Shown here: in pieces, positions 51,969 to 64,000 of the stretch
Layout of the letters: the number at the start of each line of letters is the position of its first letter
How positions within the stretch are numbered: position 1 is the stretch's first letter
The notes under the pieces: generated by a model
The model's input: only the letters and a program-made list of their open reading frames with translations
Told to the model about the DNA's origin: nothing
The model's database searches: none
NCBI GenBank assembly: GCA_043228905.1
Contig: JBHGNT010000001.1
Span: 18,600,001 to 18,664,000 of the forward strand
DNA from: Azolla caroliniana
Taxonomy: Eukaryota; Plantae; Polypodiophyta
Length of the DNA: 64,000 bases
Direction: 5' to 3'
Position numbers and translations under genes: made by a program

Positions 51969-54810
51969 TGTTAATAATTAGGTAATTAACTAAGGGTTAA
52001 TTAATATCTAATTATGTGAGAAGTTAATCACATATGTATATGATTAAGCTGCGGAAGATTATGTGATATGTGTGGATGTGCATGAGAGAAAGAGATAGAG
52101 GAAGTTACACTCATGAACAATAAGATAAATGGGGGATTACAAGAGTGTAGTTAAAGACCTTTCTCTATATTAATACGCATCAAAGAACAAAGATACCCAC
52201 AATGAGGTATATATATATCTCATGTGCAAGGGTGCACATATGTGAGGAGAATATAGGAACAAGGATGTAAGTCCTATATGAACTTGGTAGTGGAGGATCT
52301 GGAATGGATCCCCACAAAGTACAAAATCCTATTTAAGGCTTTAAGGTCGATACTTCTAACTAGATTCTAATTATGTAATTACTTAGTTCCATGGTTGACG
52401 AGCTTGATATCTCAACACATCCCCTCAAGCTCAAGTGTGAGGCATTCGACATCTGGTTTTGCTTTTGGCGTTGTTTGGTTTTCGATTCCGGCTTCAGTTT
52501 GGTTTTCGGCGTCAGCATTTTCGGTTCCTCCCCCTCAAGCCTGTGATGAAGGCTTGTAGCGCCAAATGGTAGAGGGCCGAGTGCTTGCATCTCTACATCC
52601 ATGGATGCTAACCATCAGCGGTTATGAGTAGCTTCTGTAAAGCTTTCAGGCTTTTGTTTGGCCATAAGCTTCATCGCAAAGGCATAATGATGGGCCATAT
52701 ACTTGTTGTAGCCGAACCAAGTGACTAGGTTCTTCTCTTGAGATGAGTGTCGGAGTTTTTCGTTTGCCGATGTGAGCATCTTTTGTACTTCGGGTGTCTA
52801 CATAATGGGTACACCAAACTCACTATTTAACGAGCAAGCCGACACATCCGAATCACTGTAGTTGGGGTGGTCAACCTCATATTCGAGCATCTTACCTTTG
52901 CCTTAGTCCAATTTCGGACTTGGGCGCGATGTGCTTTTGTCACGTGAAGGCTCATGTAGTCCACTAAGCTTGGTAGAGCTTGGACTGTCCTTTGGTAGAG
53001 GACTTGGCCAAATATCATCATCCGAGTTGACGTTCAACTCTTACTCGGTTGGGTCAGATGGAGCCGAATCGGGCTCGTACCATGATGCCGATTTGTCAAA
53101 AACTAAGTTCCGACTTACCTGAATTGCTCGGGTCGAAGGGTTGAAACAATTGTATCCCTTTCTCTCAAACGAGTATTCTACAAGGATACATTTCTCTAAC
53201 TTCACATCGAGCTTCTATCGTTTTTCGTTCGGGATGCGTAAATTCGCAATGCTTCTGAACACTTTGAGGTGCGAGAGGATCGGTTTCCTTCCGACAAAGA
53301 TCTTTGTATCCCTTTTTCTCGGACGAGTATCCTACAAGGATATATTTCTCCGAGTTCGCATCGAGCTTCTGTCGTTTTTTGTTCGGGATGCGTACATCCT
53401 CAATGCTTCCGAACACTTTGAGGTGAGAGAGGATCGGTGTCCTTCCGACAAAGATCTCGTATAGAGTTAGCTCATGCACTCCATTAGTGGTGCATCGATT
53501 CATGAGATAGACGGTTGTGGATGTCGCTTCGGCCTAATAGAAATTCAGCATGTGCTTCTCATGCAACATGGCCCATGCTACCTCAAGTATATGCTAATTC
53601 TTCCTTTCAGCTACTCCATTTTGTTGGGGTGTGTGTCAGCATGAAAATTCTCTCTAAATGCCTTCACCTTGGACATAGGAGATGAATTCATCCGAGAAGT
53701 ACTCCTTGCCTCCAACCGATTGTAACTATCGAATGTGATGACCGGTTTCTTTTTCGACTTGGCTCTTGAGCTTTTGGAAGTGTGAGAGTTGTCCTTATCA
53801 AGTCGAACCGTTGTGCGAGGCCACCCAAGCACACTTGCAACATTTCGTCCTCTTCAATGTTTATGTGGAGCGAAGTGAGTCGCAAATGCTCTTGATCTTG
53901 GAGGTGTAGTTCGACACAGACATATCTTTTTGCCGAATGTTGTTCAAGTCTTGTCGGAGTTGAAGCTTGCAAGGAGTCGTGTTGGCAGCAAAGATTTTCA
54001 AGTTCTCCCACGCTTCTTTAGGCGTATTTGCGTCTCGAATGTGGCTAAGCATGTGATCGTGGACACATGTTGCCAAGCAATACATTACCCGACTTGCTTC
54101 TGGTTCCCACATTGGGTAGTTGGCATTTGTGATATCAGGTTTATTTTTGAATGCGTCGTTGATGTAGCTCCAATACCCTTGACCGACTAGGTATTGGTTC
54201 ATCGTGTACTCCCAAGATGATTAATTGCTCCGCTCTAACTTTTCACTAGGAAACGAGCTGCCCATTTGTGCATTTATGTTGATGTAGTGTCTTCCTTTAT
54301 GGTTTTTCTTCTTTCGGTCACGTAAACGTGCTACGTAGCAGCACTACAGTAATGGATAGCCAGATTTGTTGTCGGCATGTCAAACACATAGTCACTATGA
54401 ATCGGGTGGGCTTAATGGTTTGCTAAACCTCACACTCTGATACCATACTAATAATTAGGTAATTAATTAAGGGTTAATGAGTATCTAATTATGTGAGAAG
54501 TTAATCACGTACGTGATTAAGCTGCGGAAGATTATGTGACATGTGTGTATGTGTGTGAGAGAAAGAGATAGAGGAAGTTACACTCATGAACAATGAGATA
54601 AATGGGGGATGATTAACAAGAGTGTAGCTAAAGAACTTTCTCTATATTAATACGCATCAAAGAACAAAGATGCCCACAATGAGGTATATATACATCTCAT
54701 GTGCAAGGGTGCACATATGTGAGGAGAATATAGGTACAAGGATGTAAGTCCTATATTTAATGAACTTGGTGGTGGAGGATCTTGAATGCATCCCCACTAA
54801 GTACAAAATC
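51969..54810 (-). mobile_element. Internally deleted Copia (no PR, RT or RH)
   Basis: LTRs 51969-52417 and 54446-54810 (the latter cut by another Copia). PBS reverse complement actctgatacca at 54434-54445. gag QYLVGQGYWSY; integrase tail ILVGYSSEKKGY; PPT cccctcaag. Confidence 0.88.
53151..53457. repeat. ~154-bp tandem duplication in integrase tail
   Basis: tgtatccctt...ccttccgacaaagatct occurs twice. Confidence 0.9.
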
Positions 54811-56897
54811 TTGGCATAAAAGGCCGACTCCTTCCACTTTGTATCTTAGAGTGAACACGTCCAAATAAATAGGGTTTAGTATATAAGCTCTAACCTAACA
54901 TTGTAACGAATATCTATATTCTTGTATCTTGAGTCTTTGAGAGTGTAAGAGTTACAAACTAAGAGAGCTTCCATTAGAGCTTGAAGTGTGTCTACTTTTC
55001 CATTCTTTATTCTATCATACTCTCTGTGTTGTTTGTTGTACACATAACCGACAGGTCCTCACATACTTCCGCATACGTATCGACCACCATATTAAACAAC
55101 TGGTATCAGAGCGACTTGTTGTTTAGCGGCAACAAAACAACAGAGAAAGCTAAAAGAAAAGACACGGTCAGTAAAAATCTCACTTTCAAAAAGAACATGG
55201 CTTCAATAGGAGATGAAATCCGAAAGTTCGATGGCAAAAACTTTGCCCTATGGAAGGAGATGATGTAGGATGTGTTGATCATCAGAAGACAGGTCGAAGC
55301 AATTCGATAGAGTGAAAAACCTGCTTCTATGATAGCTAAGGAGTGGAGATCCATAGAAGAAATTGTGCGCTCCACCATCCAAATGCATTTGGCTGAAAAC
55401 GTCTACTTTAGCCTAGCCAAAGAGATGACAACATTCTCGTTATGGGAGAAGTTGCAGGCTGTGTGCGAAAAGAAGTCCTCCCCTTGAAAATTGATATTGA
55501 ATAGACAACTATTCAACATCAAGATGAGAGAAACCAATCCAGCCAACCCACATCCACACCTTTAGCTGGGTGTTGTCTGAACTCTCCTCCAAAGGGATTA
55601 ACTTCAAAGAAGAAATGAAAGCCCTTGCCCTCCTATGGAGCTTGCCGGCAAGTTGGAAGGTATTCTACACGACATTTGCCAATAGCCGACCAAATCTAAA
55701 TCTAGAGGAAATAGTCGGCCAAGTTCTCATAGAGGACATTCTGCAAAAATCAATGGGACATACCATCGATGAGTCGATCGAGAGAACAAGCCGACAGAAC
55801 CAGTTGAAATCATAGTCGATCGAGAATGAGGCGAGACCAACAACGATCAAAGTTGAGAATGAGTCGATCGGGTGAATTCTACACTCACTACAGAAAAACC
55901 GATCACAACATTTCCGACTACTGGTCGATCAAGAGGAAAGAGAGTGGTCGGTGATCTGAGTGGCATTGAGGACGATCTGACTCGAACCACTCTCCAATCG
56001 GCAACCAACTCAATGTTGCTGACACTTGATCGGGAGAAATCCTCTCCTTAGAGGACTCGATGATCGGAGAAGTCTTCTACAATGCGCAAGATGCACATGC
56101 GTAGTTGCTAGATTCTGGTGCCACATTCCATGTGACCCCGAACGTCGAATGGTTTTCGAATTATTTGGCTGAAGCCAGTGGCACAATCCGACTAGGCAAT
56201 GGGCAAGAGTGCAGAATTGTAAGAATTGTTGAAGTACCAATCCGATTGTCAAATGGCAATATGATCACCCTACACCAAGTTTGGCATGTACCTGCACTAA
56301 AAAGGAGTCTCGTGTCCATCGACATGTTAGCCGAAGACAGGTACAGAACAACTATGAGTGAGTCGACATGCATGATCAGCCGAGGAAATCTAAAGATTGG
56401 AAACGGACACAAGTACAATAACTTGTATCCAATAATGGCGATCAATCCAGAAGGGCCCGTGAACGTAGAAAGACCGACCCGAACCTATGGCATGGCCAAC
56501 TCGGCCATATGTCACAAGCCGGACTCGATCGGCTGATGGTGGTTGGTTACATTACGAAACACCGAGAGGGTGACGACAATGCTCCAGCAAGCCAAACTGA
56601 AGTTGGATTTCTGGGTTGAAGCATTTCAAACGGCAGTATACCTGATAAATCTATCACAATTGAAAGCAATCAAGCTCGAAGTGCCATAGGCACTATGGTC
56701 AGGCAAAAAGCCAACCTATGATAGGCTCAATATATTCGGATGCAAAGCCTACACATTCATCCCTAGGGAGAAAAGGACCAAGTTGGCGCCTCATGCACCT
56801 AAATACATATTTCTCAGTTATGGAACCAATGGGGACTTCAACTACCGACTATGGGACCTAGAGAACTGGACACTGATCGTAGTAATGATGTAGTCTT

Positions 56898-57182
56898 TGT
56901 TGAGCGGCAAGCTCAATTGGAGCCGGATTGGCTGAATAAGCCTGAGCCGGTGAGCACCCGGTGAGCTGGGGAGCCGGTTAGCCGGATCCATCAGTAACCG
57001 GAAGCCTAGCAACAACTAGACTACTAGGGAGTTAATACTCTCATAGTTAGTGTCAGATGCTCGAGTGAGCATTGAAGTACACCGTACTTCTGTCAATCCG
57101 TATGGACTTGTATAAAAGTGTTCGCTGAAAACATACGATGTACAGAGTGTTGATATAATTTTCGAATAGTGATTCTTGTTTT

Positions 57183-57256
<74 letters not shown>

Positions 57257-57348
57257 GCGTATTGTTATGTTCTCCATTAAACCTGTTCTCTGTTTTCTGC
57301 TTTTTGTTTTCTATTTTCTATTGCTTCCGCACGCTATTTGTTTTTACA
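56898..57348 (+). repeat. 5' LTR with (CT)n tract
   Basis: TG...CA; direct repeat of 62347-62813. Confidence 0.95.
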
Positions 57349-57439
57349 TGGTATCAGAGCGCAAGGGTTGAGAACCTCTACAGCCGACATTCGCTTTTGC
57401 AAGAAGAAAACCTAACCTTTGTAAAGAACAAAAAAAACA

Positions 57440-60400
57440 ATGGATAGAGGAATGGCTAGCTCGCGTCCGGTGGAGAAGCTCGACAGATCTAACTACGCAT
57501 CTTGGTCATACAAGGTGCACCAGTATCTGCTTGGGCACGATTACTGGAGCTATGTCGACGGAGCTAACGACACAGCACCTAATGCGGAACACAAGGACTT
57601 CCCGGTGTGGGAACAATCGGCAAGTAGAGTGATGTACTGCTTTGCGTCCAGTGTCGGAGACCAGCTGCTGAGCCATGTCCGAGATGCCAAGACGCCGAAA
57701 GAGGCTTGGGGAAACCTGAAGAAGGTGTTCGCCGCAAGCACTACAGGCCGGAAGCAGCAACTCTGACAGGAGTTGAGCAATGTCCAACAGAAGGACATGT
57801 CGCTGGCTGATTACACGGCCCGAATCAAAGAGATCTGTGACTCGCTTGCCTCTATTAACGTCACGGTAGAGGAAGACGAGATGGTATAGGTTTGTCTTGG
57901 GGGCCTGGCGTCTAAGTTTTGAGCTTTCCAGATAATAGTATGTACGAGGGAGAATACGCTATGATTTTTCGACTTATAGTCGATGCTCCTTGTAGAGGAG
58001 AACCACGCCGGTGCGTCAACAAGTGCACCCACCGACAGCTGGATACTGTACACGGAGGCAGATCGGCCCCATGGGCATGGTGGACGAGGCGGGTCGGCAT
58101 GCAATGGAGGCGGTCGGCAAGGGCAAGACTGACGGTACAAAGACCATGCCGACAACAGTTCCGGGACTTCCACAAGCAGGGGGAGTCAAGGTGGAGCCGG
58201 AGGCCAGCAAAACAAATCCGCCACGCAATGCTGGTACTGTGCCACAAAGAAAGCGAGTGCTGGAAGAAGCGCGCCAATTCGGATAGATTTGGATCCGGCA
58301 AAACCGGTCGAGAGAACCGGCAAAGCTCGCACTACGCACAAGGATCGAGAGGATCCGGAACCGGGAAAACCGGTAAGGGGCCAACCTTGGTGATGAAACA
58401 CGAGGCTAACTCGATAAAGAAGACCACTTCCAAATCGGAGGAAGTGTGGTACATTGATTCCGGTGGGTCAAATCACATGACGAACAACAAAGAGTGGTTC
58501 TCCTTCTTGGGGAAACTGGAACAACCAGGAGTTGTCGAAACCGAAGACGACACTCCTCACCCAATCGTGCATGTCGAAGGAAGTTCCCCTGAGCCACGTC
58601 GGACAGAGGGGGAAGCTTATGAACGTATTACACGTTACGACTAGAACGAAGAACCTAGTGTCGATTGAACAGATCATCAACCAGGGAATGCAGGTGCGGT
58701 TTACGCACCTCGGGTGCTTCATCGAGGAGGAGGACCAGATTATCGCGCAAGGGTGCAGAGATGGGAGGATGTTCATCCTCGACACCAATGACGTCGGCAT
58801 CGCCTTGTTCGCCAAAGGACAGAAGGTCGAATTAGACATTGACCTGTGGCACAAGCGGATCGGCCACGTCAATTACCGAAGGCTTCAAGACATGCAAACG
58901 AAACTATTTGTTTTTTGTTTGTCGAAGTTTAGTGGCCGGAAGGCCCAAGTATGTGAAGCCTGCCAACTCGCGAAGCAACACCGGCTTCCATTCCCCGTCA
59001 AACAAAACTGTAGCCGTAACAAGCTCGACCTTATTCATTCGGATGTATGGGGACTGGCACAGAATGTGAGTCTTAGCGGGAGTCGATAATTCATCTCCTT
59101 CATCGACACTATAGCCGGCACACATGGATCTACCTCGTTGAGCGGAAGAGCGAAGTCTTCAATTGTTTCCGGAACCTGCAGAGCATGGTGGAACGGGAAT
59201 CGGAGAGGAAGATCAAGTGCCTGCAGCCAGATGGCGGAAAAGAATACTTTTCCGGCCAATTCAATAGTTATCTGCAACAAACAGGAATTCGGAGAGAGTT
59301 CAGCTGCAAATACACATCGGAGCAAAACGGTGTTGCTGAAAGGAAGAACCGGTCACTTGTCGACGCGGCAAGGGCAATGCTTGAAGAGAAGAGCATGCCC
59401 CATTTCTACTGGGCGGAGGCGGTCCGGATGGCCGTCTATACATCCAAAACCGGATCGGTGGCAAGGTGTCCGCGCATGAGCTGTATTTTGGGCGCAAGCC
59501 GAATTTGAGACACCTTCGGATTTTCGGCAGCATAGCATATGTGCATGTGCCGGATGAGAAGCAGAGGAAGCTGGATGCAAAATCGGAGAAGTGCATCCTC
59601 GTCGGCTACTCACATGAGCAAAAGGGGTATAAGTGTTATAACCCTCGGACGAAGCAAGTCCGAGTTAGCCACGATGTTGAGTTGGATGAGAAGGCATCAT
59701 GGTATGCCTCACCACCTCCAACTTCTGACCCCGACCCGACACCGGAGAATGAGGCTAGTGAGCCTGAATCGGCCCAGTTAGAAGATGATGAATCCAGGAC
59801 TCAAGAAGAGAGTCCGGAATCGTTTCGGTTGAGTGGGCTGAACGAGAGACTGGGTCAATCCGACCAATGAGAAGAAGAATCGGCGAGTAGTGAAGACTTT
59901 GTCGTGCTCTCCCCGCGCAAGGAACCGAGGAGACGGTTCACGCGCAAAGAGAAGGGGAAGAAGAAGATGTCGGATAATGAAACCGGTATTGATGAGTCGG
60001 ATTGGAGCGGATCCGACTCAGGAAAGGAATATGACGGTTCTTCGGCACCGAAGACCGAACCAGCCAAGAAGGGCCTCAAACTGGGTAACGGTGGGTTACG
60101 CCGGTCAACCCGCAAGGAACCTGTTAAGTGGTACGGGTACAATGAGTACATGGCGCATCACTATGCGTACATGACCAAGGTGGCGGAAGTGCGTGAGCCG
60201 GAGAGCTACGCAGAAGTGGCAAAGGACGCACATTGCGTGCCGCTATGGAAGAAGAGATGCGGGCAGTTGATGCCAACGATACATGGGACCTAGTTGACCC
60301 TCCCTGTCATAGTAAACCGATCGAATGCAAGTGGGTGTACAAGGTAAAGTACAACGCTGACGGTTCAGTTAACCAGTACAAGGCCCGGTTAGTGGCGAAG

Positions 60401-61730
60401 GGATACACACACACCCACGAAATTGACTATGACGAGACCTTCACTCCAGTAGCGAAGATGACGACGGTTCGTGTGGTGCTGGCGGTTGCTGCGGCAAGGG
60501 GGTGGCATCTTCACCAGATGGATGTGAAGAACGCATTTCTTCAAGGAGATCTTGAAGAAGAGGTCTTTATGATACAAACCCCCGGTTTCCAAACGGAGAT
60601 GAACAAGTCGGCGGTATGCCGGCTCAAGAAGTCACTTTATGGCCTGAAGCAAGCCCCCCGAGCTTGGAATGCGAAGATCACGTACCAGTTGCGTAAGATG
60701 GGGTTTGCGGCCTCCAAATCTGACTCTTCTTTGTTCATCGCATAAGGTCCGGACGGTCCGGTTTGCATCTTGTTGTACGTTGATGATCTGGTCATCACCG
60801 GACCCGGACTCAATGAAATCAGCCGAGTCAAGTCCTAGTTGTCGGATGCATTTGAGCTGAAGGACCTGGGGGACCTTCACTATTTCCTTGGGATCAAGGT
60901 GAGTTGAACCCCCGACGGCATATTGCTCTCACAAAGGCAGTATGTGTTGAATATGTCGTACAAGTTCAGCATGACGGAATGCTGACCTATCTCTACTCCC
61001 CTGGACCGAAACCAGAAGCTCCGTCCCGACTCTAGACCTGCCTACGATGAGAAACGGTTCCGACAAATTGTCGGAAGCTTTATATATTTGACCATCACCC
61101 GACCCGACATCAGCTATCCGGTCGGTGTGATTAGCCAATTCATGCAGAAGCCGACCGTAGAGCATCTTCAGTGCGCGCACCAAATACTATGGTATGTGAG
61201 TGGAACGAAGGACTGGGGATTGTTATACCGATGAGGTATAACCGAAGAGCTGGTCGGTTACACAGATGCCAACTGGGCCGACGATGAATCAGATCGCCGA
61301 TCAACCTCCGGCTATATGTTTTCCCTAGGTAGCGCGGTTGTTGCGTGGAGCAGCAAAAAGCAGCCAACAGTTGCTCTGTCGAGCACTGAGGCTGAGTATC
61401 AAGGCACTACCATTGCCACCTGTGAAGCCATTTCGCTTCGGCGACTGCTACAAGACCTACAGATCGAGGTACCGACCCCGATTCTCATCTACTGCGACAA
61501 CATAAGCAGTATGCAGCTCGCCAAGAACCCTGTATTCCATGCTCGCACAAAGCACATAGAAGTGCACTATCACTTTGTGCGTGAGCATGTCCTGAGCGGT
61601 GAGGTCGAACTTCGGTATGTTCACACGGATCGGCAAGTTGCTGACATCTTCACCAAACCACTCGAATCGAACAAGTTGCAACACTTCACCAAAAATGCTT
61701 GGTGTTCAGTATCTCGACGTGCCACACTTG
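57440..61730 (+). pseudogene. Copia gag-pol
   Basis: EKLDRSNYASW; WYIDSGGSNHM; LWHKRIGH; DGGKEY; [10 protein letters not shown]; YVDD; [12 protein letters not shown]; ADIFTKPL. Stops and frameshifts. Confidence 0.95.
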
Positions 61731-62346
61731 AGGGGGAGAATGGGCATAGACACCGGAATGGGCAAAGGCAAAGAGACTGCGGATTGCGCCGGTGGGGAAA
61801 GAACTGATGAAGGGAGAGACAAGAAGAAGAAAGGAAGTCGATACATCCGAACAAGTCAGAACAAGCGGCAGTGGCAACAGAGTCAAGAAGGACATAGCCG
61901 ACCGAAGGAAGAAGGCCAAGACCCGGACATGGTCCGATGTGGTGAAGGGCCTCGAATCGGAAGACGAATCGGGAGTGACCGATTTGAACAAGAGCTGGAA
62001 CGAATCGGAGACAGTCGATTCAGTTCAACAGACAGATTCGAAAGGACCAGATCAATTTAAGGCAAAGAGGACAAGAAGGCAGCGAAAGTCAACGCCAACA
62101 CGAAGGAATCGGCGAACCAGCACGCGCCGAAGTCACAACAACGAGGGAGCTGAATTGGGCCTATTGAGTAGACAAGCCGATCGAGGAGGTCGAGGTGCGC
62201 AGAATAAGAGGGGTCGCGGCAAACAGAATTGGACCAGACAAGGAGCGCGAACAAGGAGGTGTGACGCCAAAAGGAGCCAGGCAGAAGGACCGATTGCCAC
62301 AGACGTTCACATTACGACTGGACCTCAAGTTAAGCTTGAGGGGGAG

Positions 62347-62656
62347 TGTTGAGCGGCAAGCTCAATTTGAGACGGATCGGCTGAATAAGCATGAGCCGGT
62401 GAGCGAGACGGATCGGTGAGCCGGTGAGCACCCGATGAGCTGGGGAGCCAATTAGCCAGATCCATGAGTAACCGGAAGCCTAGCATCGGCTAGACTACTA
62501 GGGAGTTAATACTCTCGTAGTTAGTGTTAGACGCTCGAGTGAGCATTGAAGTACACTGTACTTCTGTCAGTCCGTATGGACTTGTATAAAAGTGTTCGTT
62601 GAACACATACGATGTACAGAGTGTTGATATAATTTTCGAATAGTGATTCTTGTTTT

Positions 62657-62728
<72 letters not shown>

Positions 62729-62813
62729 GCGTACTGTTAAGTTCTCCATTAAACCTATTCTCTGTTCTCTGTTTTCTGTTTTCTATTGCTTCCGCACGCT
62801 ATTTGTTTTTACA
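62347..62813 (+). repeat. 3' LTR with (CT)n tract
   Basis: After the PPT and before TSD GTCTT. Confidence 0.95.
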
Positions 62814-64000
62814 GTCTTCAATGAAGACTCTATTCTCTCTGAGAGGAACCAGCAGAAAATAGTTGGTAAAAAGGTATCCTTCAAAGTCGATAGAGACATT
62901 GTAGAAAGATTGACACACTAGGCCAAATCATAGATTTGACAAACAATCGAAATCGACCGAGCCGACACTGTAGCTACCAACTATGAATCGACAAGCAGTC
63001 CACTAGTCAAAATTGATTCGGCTATGATATTGACGGGAACCAACAATGACAAAATCAAAATGACTAAGGGAAAGGCTACCCTACCAATCAATCCCGAAAC
63101 AGGGGAGGATGATTCGACATTGCCGAAATCCCACTACATGGGCGGGTCATCCCGAAGGACTCCTGAAGGTGGTTCAAGCAATACCGATCAGCCAACTTAG
63201 CCGATTGAAGAAATTGAACCGACAAAATCGGCACCTAGGAGATCCACACGAGTCAAAAGGTCGACAGAGTTCTATTCACCGGGCCTCGACTACATAAACT
63301 ACACGGACGCTAGTGAACCAAGCTTGTACGAAGAAGCCATAGCCACGTCAGATGCCGACACACACCTACAAGCCATGCAATCCGAGATGGACTCGACTCA
63401 TCAGAACAATACATGGTAGCTGGTCAAACTACTAGCTGGAAGGAAGCCGTTGCCCTGCAAATGGGCCTGCAGGTACAAATATATATTTGAATCGGAAAAG
63501 CCCAAATATAAAGCCCGGCTCATCGCAAAAGGATTCAAGCAAGAACATGGGGTTGACTATGATGAAATCTTCTCTCTAGTAGTCAAGAATACCACCCTTC
63601 GGCTCGTACTCGGGATCGTGGCTACAAGGGACCTAGAGCTTCAACAATTGGAGGTAAAGACGGCTTTCTTACACATAGATCTGGAAGAAGACATCTACAT
63701 GTCTCAATCGGCAGGCTTCTCAGCAATGGGGGAGCAAAGTCAACTGTATGTCCACTGAAGAAAAGCCTTTATGTCTTAAAACAAATGTCGAGGATGTGGT
63801 ACCAAAAGTTTGACTCCCACATCAAACAACTTGGCTTCAACCGGTCTGACTCCAACACATGTTTCTATACTGGGCAATTGGCCGACGAGTTCCGAATCTA
63901 TTTGATCCTATACGTCGATGACATGCTGATTGTAGGGAGAAATCAACCTGAAATCGGAAAGCTAAAGGGGAGTGGACAAGCCCGACACATATTGGGCATT

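Larger units (their letters stand above)
56898..62813 (+). mobile_element. Full-length Copia nested in Copia
   Basis: LTRs 56898-57348 and 62347-62813; TSD GTCTT; PBS TGGTATCAGAGC at 57349-57360; PPT gagggggag. Confidence 0.96.
54811..64000 (+). mobile_element. Copia element interrupted at 56898-62813; runs off the window end
   Basis: LTR 54811-55098; PBS TGGTATCAGAGC at 55101; gag; LDSGATFH protease; integrase tail to 56897, resuming at 62814; RT YKARLIAKGF and YVDD. Confidence 0.9.

Overview
Eukaryotic nuclear DNA from a land plant. The transposon repertoire (Tcn1-like and Phygy/Selgy-like Gypsy, RTEX-like LINEs, a Sola-like transposase) and a very long intron suggest a non-seed plant with a large genome, such as a fern; this is inference. 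Most of the window is decayed, nested transposons. There are two host genes. One is the last three exons of an RTN4IP1-like NAD(P)H quinone oxidoreductase (+, 21918-23134), whose upstream intron seems to contain the whole first 21.9 kb. The other is a two-exon RMA1/RNF5-type C3HC4 RING E3 ligase (-, 34642-32386), convergent with the first, with a ~18-aa repeat tract and a spliced uORF. Target-site duplications resolve several nests. A minus-strand LINE holds a Copia (1246-16731, TSD CTTCC), which holds a chromovirus and a plus-strand LINE, which holds another Copia (TSD ATTAA). A hAT element holds a MITE (8-bp TSDs). A full-length tRNA-Trp-primed Gypsy has a 4-bp TSD (24294-31248). A Copia sits inside another Copia (TSD GTCTT). 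The most unusual items are the Sola-like transposase with a candidate C-terminal chromatin-reader barrel, the RING protein repeats and uORF, an extra basic ORF between two PPT-like tracts in a Copia, and pervasive short tandem duplications and deletions. No CRISPR array, rRNA gene or convincing tRNA gene was found. Coordinates were read by eye, and relic boundaries are approximate.
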